A DNA stretch of 64,000 nt from a virus (lineage: Duplodnaviria > Caudoviricetes), in IMG/VR virus record IMGVR_UViG_3300037493_000871, positions 1,571 through 65,570 of that record; one strand, 5' to 3'. Every line of letters starts with the position of its first letter. Within the stretch, counting starts at the first letter, position 1. A model generated the notes under the pieces. That model was given only the letters and a program-made list of their open reading frames with translations, did not search any database and was not told the origin of the DNA. The position numbers were made by a program, and so were the translations under genes. This document shows positions 40,768 to 49,990 of this stretch, one piece after another.

Positions 40768-41662
40768 CGTCGGCCGTTGCCCAGTCGCTCAGAATGTCGG
40801 CCACGTTTTTAGGCGCGGCAGTCTCAGCCTTTGATTTCACAACACGCTTGGTCGGCTCTGGCACATCTTCGGCTTGCACCTTTTCTGCGGCTACAACAGG
40901 TGTGTCCTTGAAGGATTGAGGCAACGCGGCTTGCGTCTCGTTGCTGGCCTTGCTTGGAACCATCTTGAACTCGACTGCGTTCTTGGCATCTTCCGACTGG
41001 CTTTGCAGTTTGGCTTCTTCCCACTCGCTACGCTCCAAAGGACGCACTGCACGAAACTTCAACACTGGCACAGCTTCGCTGGTATCGAAACGAGCTTCGG
41101 TCACGATGCCGGTGATTGGGATGCCGTGGCCCGACAGGAATTTGCCGAACGCTTGCAGAGGCATCTTCTCGCCGTCAGCTTTACCAAAGTACGACTTGGC
41201 AGGAACCGACAGGCGGTACACGTTGCCACCGATATCATCGGCCAAAGCCACAGCGATACGCTTGCTATAACGGCATGCGCGGGACTTGCCTTCGCCAGAG
41301 CCTTCGATGTTTTGTGCGCAGGTTGCGCACGTCTTGCTTTGCGGCTCGGTGACTTCTGCATTGGGCACAACGCCTTCGGCAGACCAGCATGCTGGCTTGA
41401 TGTCTTTGCCTTCTTCGTACTTCTCAGTATAGAAGGTGCGGCTCACGCCTTTGCCAGTTGCAATGACCACGAAGTTCATTGCGCGTTCTTCGTTCTTAGC
41501 GACTTCCTCACCGCCAACGACCATGCGCCATACGCCGCCCTTGATAGAGATTTGCTTGCCGCCGGAGCTGCCTGCAATTTCTTTAGTAGCGTCGTCTTGC
41601 ACACCGCGCAGGTAGTCAGGAATAACGGAAGAGCCAGATTTGAAAAGGGATAAATTACTCAC
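40760..41662 (-). CDS. putative ssDNA-binding/replication protein
   Basis: ISIKGG.WR, P.CWS, CxxC..N..GS...RAC, acidic-Trp tail; replication-module position. Confidence 0.55.
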   Translation of the reverse strand: MSNLSLFKSGSSVIPDYLRGVQDDATKEIAGSSGGKQISIKGGVWRMVVGGEEVAKNEERAMNFVVIATGKGVSRTFYTEKYEEGKDIKPACWSAEGVVPNAEVTEPQSKTCATCAQNIEGSGEGKSRACRYSKRIAVALADDIGGNVYRLSVPAKSYFGKADGEKMPLQAFGKFLSGHGIPITGIVTEARFDTSEAVPVLKFRAVRPLERSEWEEAKLQSQSEDAKNAVEFKMVPSKASNETQAALPQSFKDTPVVAAEKVQAEDVPEPTKRVVKSKAETAAPKNVADILSDWATADDA

Positions 41663-41683
41663 TTTGATTTCCTTGATTGGAGT

Positions 41684-42076
41684 TTACTTGGATGAACGGC
41701 GAACCGTGATCGAGTACTTAGACTCGATGTTTACACCTGCGGGCATGGCGTCTGGATTCTCCTTGATGAACTGCGAGAAGTTACTCTGCGCAATCCGGCG
41801 TTCAAGGAGGTCCGGGGCGTCATGCTCACGGATGAACTTGTACATACTGTCCCAGTCGGAGGTCCAGTATCGTGTCTTGACGGAACGTGTGAACGAACCG
41901 AATGTAGTCTTGCCACCGTCTTGCCCGGTGGTCTTGCATAGCTCCAGCAGCTCTTGCTCGACTGCATCAAGCTGAACTTCCAGCTCGGCAATCTCAGCCT
42001 CCATCTGCTTCTTCTTGATATCCTTGGCGTCTCTGATCTTGATGTAGACCTGCACCAATTGCGTAGCGTCACTCAT
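41684..42076 (-). CDS. conserved phage coiled-coil protein
   Basis: YIKIRD...DWDSMYKFI...LLERRI; SD AAGGA. Confidence 0.75.
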   Translation of the reverse strand: MSDATQLVQVYIKIRDAKDIKKKQMEAEIAELEVQLDAVEQELLELCKTTGQDGGKTTFGSFTRSVKTRYWTSDWDSMYKFIREHDAPDLLERRIAQSNFSQFIKENPDAMPAGVNIESKYSITVRRSSK

Positions 42077-42099
42077 GGTTGTTTCCTTATGGTTGTGGT

Positions 42100-42160
42100 G
42101 AGGGTACTCGCTACGCTGGTACTGTCGAGAAACCGTCTTCTCAGCCTTCGCTTTCCCCTC
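42100..42160 (-). ncRNA. candidate structured 5' leader with loop E-like motif
   Basis: GAGGG-GAA...AGTA-CCCTC with internal GCTG/CAGC and GAGAA/TTCTC stems. Confidence 0.4.
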
Positions 42161-42167
42161 GGTTTAA

Positions 42168-42195
42168 ATTATACACTGTAAAATTTAGCTGTCAA
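42168..42195 (-). promoter_or_regulatory. consensus sigma70 promoter
   Basis: TTGACA-16 nt-TATAAT on - strand. Confidence 0.85.
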
Positions 42196-43774
42196 TGACT
42201 TGTTTGTAGAGCTCCACCAAATCCATGTGCAAGTCGATCTTGTTCTGGAGCATGGTGTATAGCCGCCGCTCAACGGGGCTGCCCTGCAAGTGTGTGATGG
42301 TGACCTTGTTGGTCTGCCCTGCGCGGTGAGCGCGTGAGTTCGCTTGCAGGTAAATCTCCGTAGATGATACAGGCCCCCACCAGACAACTTGGTTCGCTCT
42401 TGTCAGGGTAATCCCGTGCGCAGTAGCTTGTGGAATGAGCAGTAGTACCCGTGTGGTGTCCTCAGTCTGGAACCGCTTGATGATTTCTGCACGTTGCGTA
42501 GCTGCAACACCGCCATGAATACACTCCACATCGTACCCACTGCCATCTTCCGACAAGCCGATCAGTTTTGGTAGGCGCTTGGCCAGTTCCGTGCGCAGCA
42601 TCTCCATAGTGTGCCGATACGGCACAAACACCAGCACCTTGTGCCGGGACTCTTCGATCACGCTCATAAGTTCTTCAAGCCGGTTGGTCACATCGAACTC
42701 AACCACGTCTCCATCGTCCGTATAGACTGCGCCCTGCGATACCTGCAAGAGCTTGTTCAGCATAGCGGCTGCATTGACCGCGGTAATTTCGGAGCCGGCG
42801 GCCACGGTAATCATTTGCTTGCGCAGCGCCTCGTAGTACTTGGTCTGCTGCGGCGTAAGCGGCACCTCGCGGGTTGCGTACAGCATGTCGGGCAAGTCAA
42901 GGCACTCTTCCTTAGTGAACCGTATCGCGGGCTGCAGCACCTGATGCACGATGCTCTGAGCCTCTTGCCGTGGGGCCCACTTGTACTGAGTCAGCTTGAG
43001 CATCACACGGTCACGGAACGCGCCAAAGAAGCGCGGCACGGCATCAGGGTTCACGAGCTTGGCCAAGCCGTACGCATCAAGCGGAGACTGCGAAGCAGGT
43101 GTGCCCGTCATCATCCACAAGCGTGTCGTTGGTTTAATCAGCGTAGCGAGGGCTTTCCACCTGTCTGTCGTCACGCTCTTGACGGCATTGGCTTCGTCCA
43201 CAATCACAAGATCAAACCCGCCAGCTTCCAGCTCTTCGCGCACTACCTTGACGCCATCGAAGTTGATGACAATAAAGTCATAGTTGCCCTTGATGATGTT
43301 CTGCCGTTGTGTGCGTGAGCCCTGCGCAATGGCTACTGTGCGGTGCATGACCGTCTTGAACAAGTCCGAGCGCCATGCAGTCTCCATGATAGACACGGGG
43401 CAGATGATGAGCACCCGCTTGACCTTGCCTTGCTGCATTAGATAGTCAGCGGCCCATGCTGCGGCACTGGTCTTGCCTGTGCCGGCCTCGTTAAACACAA
43501 AGCAGCGGGGGTTCAGTGTGAGGAAGTCTGCAGTGGTGCGCTGGTGGTCAAACGGGGTGAACATGCCCGGCCATTTGTACCTGCCCACGATGGGGCTTGG
43601 CACGTCCTTGATACCCAGATTGCGAAGCAGTTGCACTTCATCAAACCCCCAGTTTACGAGGACTTGATCGACGTCATCTTTGCTCGCAAGTATTTTGCTT
43701 TTTGGGATAAGGGCAGTGATCTGCCCCGCCTTACGTGTGTTGAACATAAGGGCTTTGGAGTCAACGATTTGCAT
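42185..43774 (-). CDS. SNF2-like superfamily 2 helicase
   Basis: GTGKT, VDEA, TGTP, HGITLT, QANSRAHRAGQ. Confidence 0.92.
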   Translation of the reverse strand: MQIVDSKALMFNTRKAGQITALIPKSKILASKDDVDQVLVNWGFDEVQLLRNLGIKDVPSPIVGRYKWPGMFTPFDHQRTTADFLTLNPRCFVFNEAGTGKTSAAAWAADYLMQQGKVKRVLIICPVSIMETAWRSDLFKTVMHRTVAIAQGSRTQRQNIIKGNYDFIVINFDGVKVVREELEAGGFDLVIVDEANAVKSVTTDRWKALATLIKPTTRLWMMTGTPASQSPLDAYGLAKLVNPDAVPRFFGAFRDRVMLKLTQYKWAPRQEAQSIVHQVLQPAIRFTKEECLDLPDMLYATREVPLTPQQTKYYEALRKQMITVAAGSEITAVNAAAMLNKLLQVSQGAVYTDDGDVVEFDVTNRLEELMSVIEESRHKVLVFVPYRHTMEMLRTELAKRLPKLIGLSEDGSGYDVECIHGGVAATQRAEIIKRFQTEDTTRVLLLIPQATAHGITLTRANQVVWWGPVSSTEIYLQANSRAHRAGQTNKVTITHLQGSPVERRLYTMLQNKIDLHMDLVELYKQVIDS

Positions 43775-43793
43775 ATAAATTTGAATAGAGGCG

Positions 43794-43825
43794 ACAAAAA
43801 TAGCCGGGTAGCACTGCTACCCGGC
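43794..43825 (-). terminator. intrinsic terminator upstream of helicase
   Basis: GCCGGGTAGC-3 nt-GCTACCCGGC then TATTTTTG on - strand. Confidence 0.75.
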
Positions 43826-43885
43826 AAAGAAAGACAACCATGAAACGACCCAACGAATACCCTCGCTAGGTGTTCAAATCTTACA

Positions 43886-44170
43886 TCACTTTTTACGTTC
43901 GCGCTTAGAAATTTGCGACTTCATTGCGCCCGTCTTGGTGCGTGAGAAACTTGTGTTTTCAGATTGCGGCGCGGCTCTAAGATTAGCCAGTGTGGATGTG
44001 CCGCCCTTGGACATTGCCTTCTTGTGGTCAACGTCAACAGTTGCAGGCAGATCGCCGTGGGCTTTCTCATAGGCCCGCCGCGCCTTATGGCGCTCAGACT
44101 GAGCAGCCAGTTGTTTTGGGGTGCCTTGGTACCGCTCGTATTCCATTTTGAAATTGCGTGGTTTAGCCAT
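43886..44170 (-). CDS. small HNH-like protein
   Basis: DVDHKKAMSKGG...NLR......N; ATG at 44170. Confidence 0.7.
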   Translation of the reverse strand: MAKPRNFKMEYERYQGTPKQLAAQSERHKARRAYEKAHGDLPATVDVDHKKAMSKGGTSTLANLRAAPQSENTSFSRTKTGAMKSQISKRERKK

Positions 44171-44825
44171 GATGGTGATCGCAAGAAAATACAGGACAAA
44201 ATTTACAGAGGGCTGACGACCGAGGGTTCCATACCCCCACGTCAACGGCTGCTTCGATAGCCCCGGCTCTGCCTGCCCATTTCGACAGAATCTCGGGAAG
44301 TTGTGTGCGCTTGAACTGAGCCTTGATGATGTCCCCAACCACCACAAAAAGCAAGACCCCTTTGACGGTATCTACTGATGGGTGGTGCAGCATAATCATT
44401 GCGGCCATAAGTTCGAGCTGTGCGGTGTCAGCGAACCGGCTTGACTTGCCGGTCTTGTAGTCTGCTACGCGAGCTGTCTTGCCGTCTGGGCTGATGACGA
44501 GGTAGTCAGGTATCCCGCGCATCCATACGTCTTTGTCAAAAAATCCACACGGGCTAAAGTCAGCTCGGATGGCCATGCGCTCTTCGCATCGGATGTCTCC
44601 TGCCGCGGCAGCGAGAGGTTCCACGAATGGGCGGTACGCCGCAAAAGTTGCAGGTAGGTCGGCTCCATCTTTGATAAAGTCTTCAAACGCTTTGTGTACT
44701 GCGGTGCCATAGAGAGTTGCATCGGTGTCTTTTGATTTAAATTTTTTGAGAATACGAACTTCGTGGTAGCGCCGTGGGCACCCCTCGTAATCTTTGATGG
44801 ACGAATAAGAATGAGCGAGTGCCAT
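44163..44825 (-). CDS. PD-(D/E)xK Cas4/RecB-like exonuclease
   Basis: SYS....CP, GTAVH, RGIPD, DYKTG, QL, C-terminal CxxCP...C. Confidence 0.88.
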   Translation of the reverse strand: MALAHSYSSIKDYEGCPRRYHEVRILKKFKSKDTDATLYGTAVHKAFEDFIKDGADLPATFAAYRPFVEPLAAAAGDIRCEERMAIRADFSPCGFFDKDVWMRGIPDYLVISPDGKTARVADYKTGKSSRFADTAQLELMAAMIMLHHPSVDTVKGVLLFVVVGDIIKAQFKRTQLPEILSKWAGRAGAIEAAVDVGVWNPRSSALCKFCPVFSCDHHHG

Positions 44826-44857
44826 AGGAATGAACTAGGTTTGTTGGGGCCCCTAGT

Positions 44858-47596
44858 TTAACAGTCCCCGTACGATTCGCCCATCCCTGATTCACAGGCC
44901 AAAGGCAAGCCTGTCGCCCACTTGGGGTTCCAGCTCATGCACTCCTCCAGATAGGCTTGCGCCTCCTTGGCTTCTTCCTTCTTGGCGATGATGGCGATCG
45001 CATCATGCACAGTCAGCACCACCTTGTACCGCTTGGCTACGCGCAGCATCTGTTCGGCCACCACCTGCCTAGCTACCGCTTGGCATACGTTCTCCACGCA
45101 GTTATGAACTACAAAGGGTTCCGAATGACCTCGGACCATGAAGCGCGTTCTGGGTCCGGCGTTGAGGAGGTCATAGACAGGTTCCGGTGCCAGCGAAACG
45201 CGAGAGTCGATCTCGAAATACCCGTTACCGCATGTGCTTTCCGCAAGTCCACCGGCAGTGACCCCCTGCGGTTGGTCGCTTGTACCGCCATCGACACCCA
45301 TCGGCAGTTTTCCGGGGTATACGACCCGTTGTTGTCCCGTCGATCCAACGTCAACCCCGAAGCGTAAGTTGGCCCCATGTCGGCCCAGAACGCCTCGAAA
45401 GACTGTTGCCATGCTGCGCATACAGTAACCCCACGCGCCCCGTAGTTGTGCCATGCCTGATGTGAGGGCAGTCGGCATCGGTCGCGCATCGACCTCCACA
45501 CCCAATATGCGGGATGTTTGGACATTGCGTGCGTCTGGATTTTTGCCCCCACCATGCACCCGCACGAGGGGTGTCCCCCACGCTTGGCGTACTTCTCCGT
45601 GTCGATCGCTGCCCGTGTTACGCAACCCCCGCACTGGCATTGGAACTTCCACAGCGACCTGCGACCGTCCGACCCCATGTAGTGCAGGGCCGTCAGGTAT
45701 CCGAACTTCTGCCCGGTGTAATCCTTCGCACGCTGATGCATCGCGCCAACCTTTCTCTGTAAGTACTTTGTGGTCCGGCGTCATCCGAACACCGTCTACC
45801 ACGATGGTATGCTTTTCGCCTTGGTATGTCAACCCGCCATGTTGCACCCATTCAACCCCGTCCCAAACTTGATCGTCTTGTCGCACCGATCCGATAGGAA
45901 TCCACCCCCGATGCGTTAGGACTTGAGTATCTCCTGCCAAACATTTGCCTCCATAGATACGCACAGGCAGCCCCTTGGATGTGTACACAAGCTCGCGCTT
46001 GCCCTCGTCGCCAATGTGAGCCCGTAGGCCCGGGTACTGGATGTGCAACCCATTGGGTAGGGTCAAGCCCGCGCCGGGTATTGCGTTCACAATGCCTATT
46101 GCATCGACCTGAATAGACTGGCCCTGCATCAACGCCGTAAGGCCGTTGCCGGCCCGTTGCCAGAACGCTGCGATGTGCCCTGCACTAGACCTGTATGCGT
46201 CAATAATGCGCTTGGCTTCTTCCAGAGTAACTTCAACCCCTGCCTGTGTCTTTAAGAACGCCTTGAGCTTAACGTGCCCAACGCCATAGCCTGCGCCCAG
46301 CACAACCGTCTTGCCCACCTGCCGCTGGCTACCTGCTCCGGTGGTCACCTGCTCCACGGGGATGCCGTAAATCTTGGATGCCATCAGGCTGTACACGTCC
46401 TGCTTGTCCCTGAATGCTTGCAGCAAGTCCTCCTGCCCGGCCAGCCAAGCCAGCACACGGGCCTCAATCTGCGCGGAGTCACAGTCAATCACCACGTAAC
46501 CTTCTGGGGCCCTGATGGCCTTCTTGATCTTGCCAGCGTCTGCGCCGCGTGACGGCAGGTTCTGCAGGTTTACAGAGTCTTGGCCAGACCAGCGACCAGA
46601 ATGGGCCCCGTAGTAACGCAGAGGTACAGGAAACTTACCTCGACCAGACATGCCAATAAAGCGTTGCGTACGAGTCTCTTCAAGTGTTGTCTTGTTTCCA
46701 AGGCGGGCGGCGACAAGCATTTGGACTCGTACATCAGGGTGCTCCATCAACTCTTTGAATGCATCATCGGTTTTGGCAAATGCATAGGCCAGCTTCTTGG
46801 TAGTGGCGCTGATCTTCGTGGGCGGCACAACGCCGTAGTTCTCCAGCACCAAGGCAAACTTGGGGTTTGACATGAGCAGCTTCTTGATGCCATCCATGCC
46901 CTCGCTGAAGATCGTATGCACGTACTCGGGCTCGGCGTCTTTCAGCATGAAGTCCCGCACACTCTCCATCAAGGCTTCCTTGCGGTCTTTGACTTCTTCC
47001 AGATGCGCAACCAGCATGGGTTTGTCTAATATTAGAACGGGGTCGATGAACATGCGCAGCGTCAGGTCAATCAGCTTGAGCTCGGACTTGGGGAACCCAA
47101 GGTTCATGTACTGCATGAACAAGTCGTAAGTCAGGTTCACGTCATTGCAGCAGTACTCACCGTAGCGTTCCAACTCATGCCATGTGAAGTCAGCGTAGTG
47201 CTTGCCCTTGGCGTTGTCCACCTCGTTGCCCTTCACACCAGCCACCATGCGTTCAGCTTGCGCTTTGAGACTGTGCGACCTCTCATGCGGGTACAGCGCA
47301 CGAGACATACCCATAATGTCTACCCACGCCATCGGGTCAACGCCGTAGTGCCACTTCAGCACAGCACCATCGAACGCAGTGTTCTGGCACACCACGATCT
47401 TGTCCGACCAATCAATGCTGGCCAGCACGCGCTCTACGTCAGGCTTAGGCACCCATACGGTTGGGCCGTTGTCGATCTTGTATGCGAACCCAATGGTTTC
47501 CCACTGGGGCCCACGCACGTACTCTTCGGTCGTCAGCTTGGAGAAGCCAAAGTCCTGTGAGTAGTAAGTTTCTAGGTCGATTGTTAGGATGCTCAT
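44858..47596 (-). CDS. family A DNA polymerase interrupted by an intein
   Basis: Exo I DLETY, SGRWS..NLQNLP, motif A DSAQIEAR, motif B R..GK...LG..YG, motif C TVHD. Confidence 0.92.
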   Translation of the reverse strand: MSILTIDLETYYSQDFGFSKLTTEEYVRGPQWETIGFAYKIDNGPTVWVPKPDVERVLASIDWSDKIVVCQNTAFDGAVLKWHYGVDPMAWVDIMGMSRALYPHERSHSLKAQAERMVAGVKGNEVDNAKGKHYADFTWHELERYGEYCCNDVNLTYDLFMQYMNLGFPKSELKLIDLTLRMFIDPVLILDKPMLVAHLEEVKDRKEALMESVRDFMLKDAEPEYVHTIFSEGMDGIKKLLMSNPKFALVLENYGVVPPTKISATTKKLAYAFAKTDDAFKELMEHPDVRVQMLVAARLGNKTTLEETRTQRFIGMSGRGKFPVPLRYYGAHSGRWSGQDSVNLQNLPSRGADAGKIKKAIRAPEGYVVIDCDSAQIEARVLAWLAGQEDLLQAFRDKQDVYSLMASKIYGIPVEQVTTGAGSQRQVGKTVVLGAGYGVGHVKLKAFLKTQAGVEVTLEEAKRIIDAYRSSAGHIAAFWQRAGNGLTALMQGQSIQVDAIGIVNAIPGAGLTLPNGLHIQYPGLRAHIGDEGKRELVYTSKGLPVRIYGGKCLAGDTQVLTHRGWIPIGSVRQDDQVWDGVEWVQHGGLTYQGEKHTIVVDGVRMTPDHKVLTEKGWRDASACEGLHRAEVRIPDGPALHGVGRSQVAVEVPMPVRGLRNTGSDRHGEVRQAWGTPLVRVHGGGKNPDARNVQTSRILGVEVDARPMPTALTSGMAQLRGAWGYCMRSMATVFRGVLGRHGANLRFGVDVGSTGQQRVVYPGKLPMGVDGGTSDQPQGVTAGGLAESTCGNGYFEIDSRVSLAPEPVYDLLNAGPRTRFMVRGHSEPFVVHNCVENVCQAVARQVVAEQMLRVAKRYKVVLTVHDAIAIIAKKEEAKEAQAYLEECMSWNPKWATGLPLACESGMGESYGDC
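45101..45943 (-). mobile_element. intein (281 aa) in DNA polymerase
   Basis: GGK|CLAGDTQV block A, TPDH block B, VYDL block F, VVHN|C block G. Confidence 0.92.
45109..45741 (-). CDS. HNH homing endonuclease overprinted in an alternative frame inside the intein
   Basis: G.KFG.LT, C.CG, SCGC, W.SMR.RC, YGARG..VC..W, TLDR.DNNGSY.PENCRW......N; SD-like AGAAAGG upstream. Confidence 0.85.
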   Translation of the reverse strand: MHQRAKDYTGQKFGYLTALHYMGSDGRRSLWKFQCQCGGCVTRAAIDTEKYAKRGGHPSCGCMVGAKIQTHAMSKHPAYWVWRSMRDRCRLPSHQAWHNYGARGVTVCAAWQQSFEAFWADMGPTYASGLTLDRRDNNGSYTPENCRWVSMAVQATNRRGSLPVDLRKAHAVTGISRSTLAFRWHRNLSMTSSTPDPERASWSEVIRNPL

Positions 47597-48066
47597 TTAT
47601 AGAGATCCCGCGGATTGATGTTGGTAATGCCTGTGCCCGTGACGAAAGAAGCCTGTATCGCAGCGGTCATGGCCTGTTGGGTACCCACCATACTGTTCGC
47701 TATGCTTTTCCCATAATGCCGACTTTGCGTGCTGTATCGCAGTGTCTGCTCTTCCTTCTCGTCATTCGGGCGCATCATGTTGTACACGGTCGTTGCAGTG
47801 AACCGCTCTCGCTTCGCTGCGGTAAACGCTTGCTGCAGTGCCTCGCGCTCGTAAGGGGTAAGAAACCAAAACTCTACGGATTCGTCGGCTACCCGTACTG
47901 CGTTCTCGTCATCTCTGCGCGGCGCAAAATCACGGTCCATCATGCGTTCAAGATACCGAAGCCGTGGGCTGTCGTAGACTTGCGGCGTTTGCCCACTAAT
48001 TGGCCCGAAGAAGTCATCGGGTCTTGTTTCGAGGGCCTCAATAATCATTTCAATTGCTGGGTTCAT
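47593..48066 (-). CDS. hypothetical protein
   Basis: ATGA-coupled on both sides. Confidence 0.7.
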   Translation of the reverse strand: MNPAIEMIIEALETRPDDFFGPISGQTPQVYDSPRLRYLERMMDRDFAPRRDDENAVRVADESVEFWFLTPYEREALQQAFTAAKRERFTATTVYNMMRPNDEKEEQTLRYSTQSRHYGKSIANSMVGTQQAMTAAIQASFVTGTGITNINPRDLYK

Positions 48067-48368
48067 GGTGCTACGTTCTCCGCCATTTTGATGTGAATAA
48101 GGATGTCATTTAGGTTGGCCTCGTTGACGACTAGGGAGACCCCGCCAGCCTTTTTAATGTCTTCAAGGTGTTTGTCTTGCAGTGCAGTTGTCTTGCCCTT
48201 GCCCGCCTTGGCCTCGATCGCAATGAAGTATCCCTTGACGCAGCACAGGAAGTCCGGCACGCCACTGTTGCCAAATGCTGAGCCAATAGGCATAGCGAAG
48301 TACACGCCATGCTCCTTCAAGATCGCCTTGATCTTGGCTTTGACTTTTGCTTCAGGCGTTTGTGCCAT
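48063..48368 (-). CDS. VRR-NUC domain nuclease
   Basis: TPEAKVK, GVPD, IEAKA, T.LQ, AGG. Confidence 0.88.
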   Translation of the reverse strand: MAQTPEAKVKAKIKAILKEHGVYFAMPIGSAFGNSGVPDFLCCVKGYFIAIEAKAGKGKTTALQDKHLEDIKKAGGVSLVVNEANLNDILIHIKMAENVAP

Positions 48369-48609
48369 ATTTGGTTTCCATTTCGATCAGCAGGTCAACT
48401 TCATGCTTGATCTTTTGCAGGTCTTCAAAGCGTTTGCTTGCCGGTTTGTTGCGCCAGCGTGTGATGCGCTTGACGATGCAGCCCTCAAGAAAATTCAAGT
48501 TGTTCGCGGAGATGTACTCCACAGGCTGAATAGGTTTGTCCTTGTAGTGGTTGCCCGCAACCTGCACATCCAGTGCGCTTGCTGAACCTGTGTCTGCTCG
48601 TTCAATCAT
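48352..48609 (-). CDS. DUF3310 / T7 gp1.7-like protein
   Basis: QVAGNHY...IQPVEYI...EGCIVK...EDLQK. Confidence 0.8.
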   Translation of the reverse strand: MIERADTGSASALDVQVAGNHYKDKPIQPVEYISANNLNFLEGCIVKRITRWRNKPASKRFEDLQKIKHEVDLLIEMETKYGTNA

Positions 48610-48902
48610 CGTGTTACCTTTGGGTTAGGGAGGTGAATAATGGACCCTGCATGGATGTTTGCAAGGGGGAGGAGGGAGGTGTGGCCCGTACCGAACTGCT
48701 TGTACTTGAGCCCCTCATCGTCGTCGAGTAGCCCTGCCTTGTGTCGGCTCTTGAAGTGCGGGTCCGTGGCAAAGATGCTAGGGCGGGGGTCTTCTTTCCA
48801 CCGAAACGGTGACAGGGGCGGAGTGGGTTTATCTGAGCGCATCACAAAGCATCCTTTAGAGGGGTCGTATTTAATCATATCCATGACTTGAATGGTTGTC
48901 AT
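48606..48902 (-). CDS. hypothetical protein
   Basis: Coupled ORF. Confidence 0.6.
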   Translation of the reverse strand: MTTIQVMDMIKYDPSKGCFVMRSDKPTPPLSPFRWKEDPRPSIFATDPHFKSRHKAGLLDDDEGLKYKQFGTGHTSLLPLANIHAGSIIHLPNPKVTR

Positions 48903-49111
48903 TGTTGCCTCGCTTCCAACATGGCGTCTGCCATTTCATAAGCAAATACGGACGTGACGCAGGCTTCGTGTGATGTAAGGTCAAGATTTTTATTGCGCTC
49001 CACAAGGCCCTGCATCGCCTTGGCTGCAAAGTAGTCGCGCAGGGTCATGCCAAGGTACATGGGGTCATTGGGAGTCGGGAAGGCCGCACCTCCGACGTTG
49101 TCTTTGCTCAT
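48899..49111 (-). CDS. conserved small phage protein
   Basis: GG.AFP...GMTLRDYFAAKAMQG...AY.MADAML. Confidence 0.8.
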   Translation of the reverse strand: MSKDNVGGAAFPTPNDPMYLGMTLRDYFAAKAMQGLVERNKNLDLTSHEACVTSVFAYEMADAMLEARQQ

Positions 49112-49446
49112 TTCTTCTCCTTCTTTGGTCGTGGTCGTAAGATGGGCGGGGTCTCGACAAGCCACAGTGAGTAGGACTTGGTGCGATGGTCTTTGTACTG
49201 GCGCACAGCATGCAGCTTGGTCAAGCCTTTGTTCTGCATGAAGCGATGCAACGCCTTGCGCACGGCTTGGAACTCGTCGTTGGGTATCTGGAGCGCTTGA
49301 TTGAACTCAAGCAGCTTCTCGAACTTATCGTCATGCGCAGTCTTGCCCTTGATTGACCTGCCGCACACCACCGGGATGGGCACCAGCTTGACAACATCTT
49401 CGCCAGTGAAGGGGTTCACTCGCCCCACAAATTTAGTTACGTTCAT
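49108..49446 (-). CDS. hypothetical protein
   Basis: Coupled ORF. Confidence 0.65.
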   Translation of the reverse strand: MNVTKFVGRVNPFTGEDVVKLVPIPVVCGRSIKGKTAHDDKFEKLLEFNQALQIPNDEFQAVRKALHRFMQNKGLTKLHAVRQYKDHRTKSYSLWLVETPPILRPRPKKEKK

Positions 49447-49754
49447 TTGAACCCCTCCGCCTTGGCGATCGCGTCCCGGGCCAAGTCAAACGCTTTTACG
49501 ATCTCGTCATTTCTGTCGGGGTCATAGCAATGGTTCATCATGAGGTACAGCGCGGTAAGCAGCTCGGGAGCAGCGGCCATCAAGCACGCGTTTGCCTTGG
49601 CGTTTTTGAGCGTAGAACGCTTGTCGCCCTTGACTCTGGCCAATGGTGCGAACCCGCCAGACTCGCAAGTGATTGTGAACTCTCCGTTTATACCTTCACG
49701 GTAATGCCACGGTCCCGGTGTGTAAAGTCCAATGTTTTCAAATGCTTCGTTCAT
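49443..49754 (-). CDS. conserved small phage protein
   Basis: TPGPW...ANA.L.AAAPELL.AL. Confidence 0.8.
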   Translation of the reverse strand: MNEAFENIGLYTPGPWHYREGINGEFTITCESGGFAPLARVKGDKRSTLKNAKANACLMAAAPELLTALYLMMNHCYDPDRNDEIVKAFDLARDAIAKAEGFK

Positions 49755-49990
49755 TTCTCGCTCCTTGGGTGTGGTGCATCTTCGGGAGTGTCGATGCACA
49801 TATAAACGGCAGTGAACTGGCCGCGCTTGGGCGCGTTCCAGCGGTCGATGTAAACACCAAACACCTTTGGCATCTGTGTGTACAGGTTAGGCACGTTGAC
49901 CTTGAGCGCCGTAGCGATCTCTTCGATCGTCATGCCGTCCTCTGAGGCTTGCAGCAGCTCACGTATGGCTTGCTGTCGGTTAACGGTCAT
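49751..49990 (-). CDS. winged-HTH-like protein
   Basis: DGMTIEEIATAL...YIDRW. Confidence 0.65.
   Translation of the reverse strand: MTVNRQQAIRELLQASEDGMTIEEIATALKVNVPNLYTQMPKVFGVYIDRWNAPKRGQFTAVYMCIDTPEDAPHPRSEK

Noticed and set aside
44163-44825. Cas4-like gene as part of a CRISPR-Cas system
   Set aside because: Stand-alone nuclease in a replication module, common in phages; no cas1/cas2 or array.
45101-45943. Group I intron or frameshifted pseudogene in Pol A
   Set aside because: The polymerase frame is uninterrupted and has complete intein splicing motifs.
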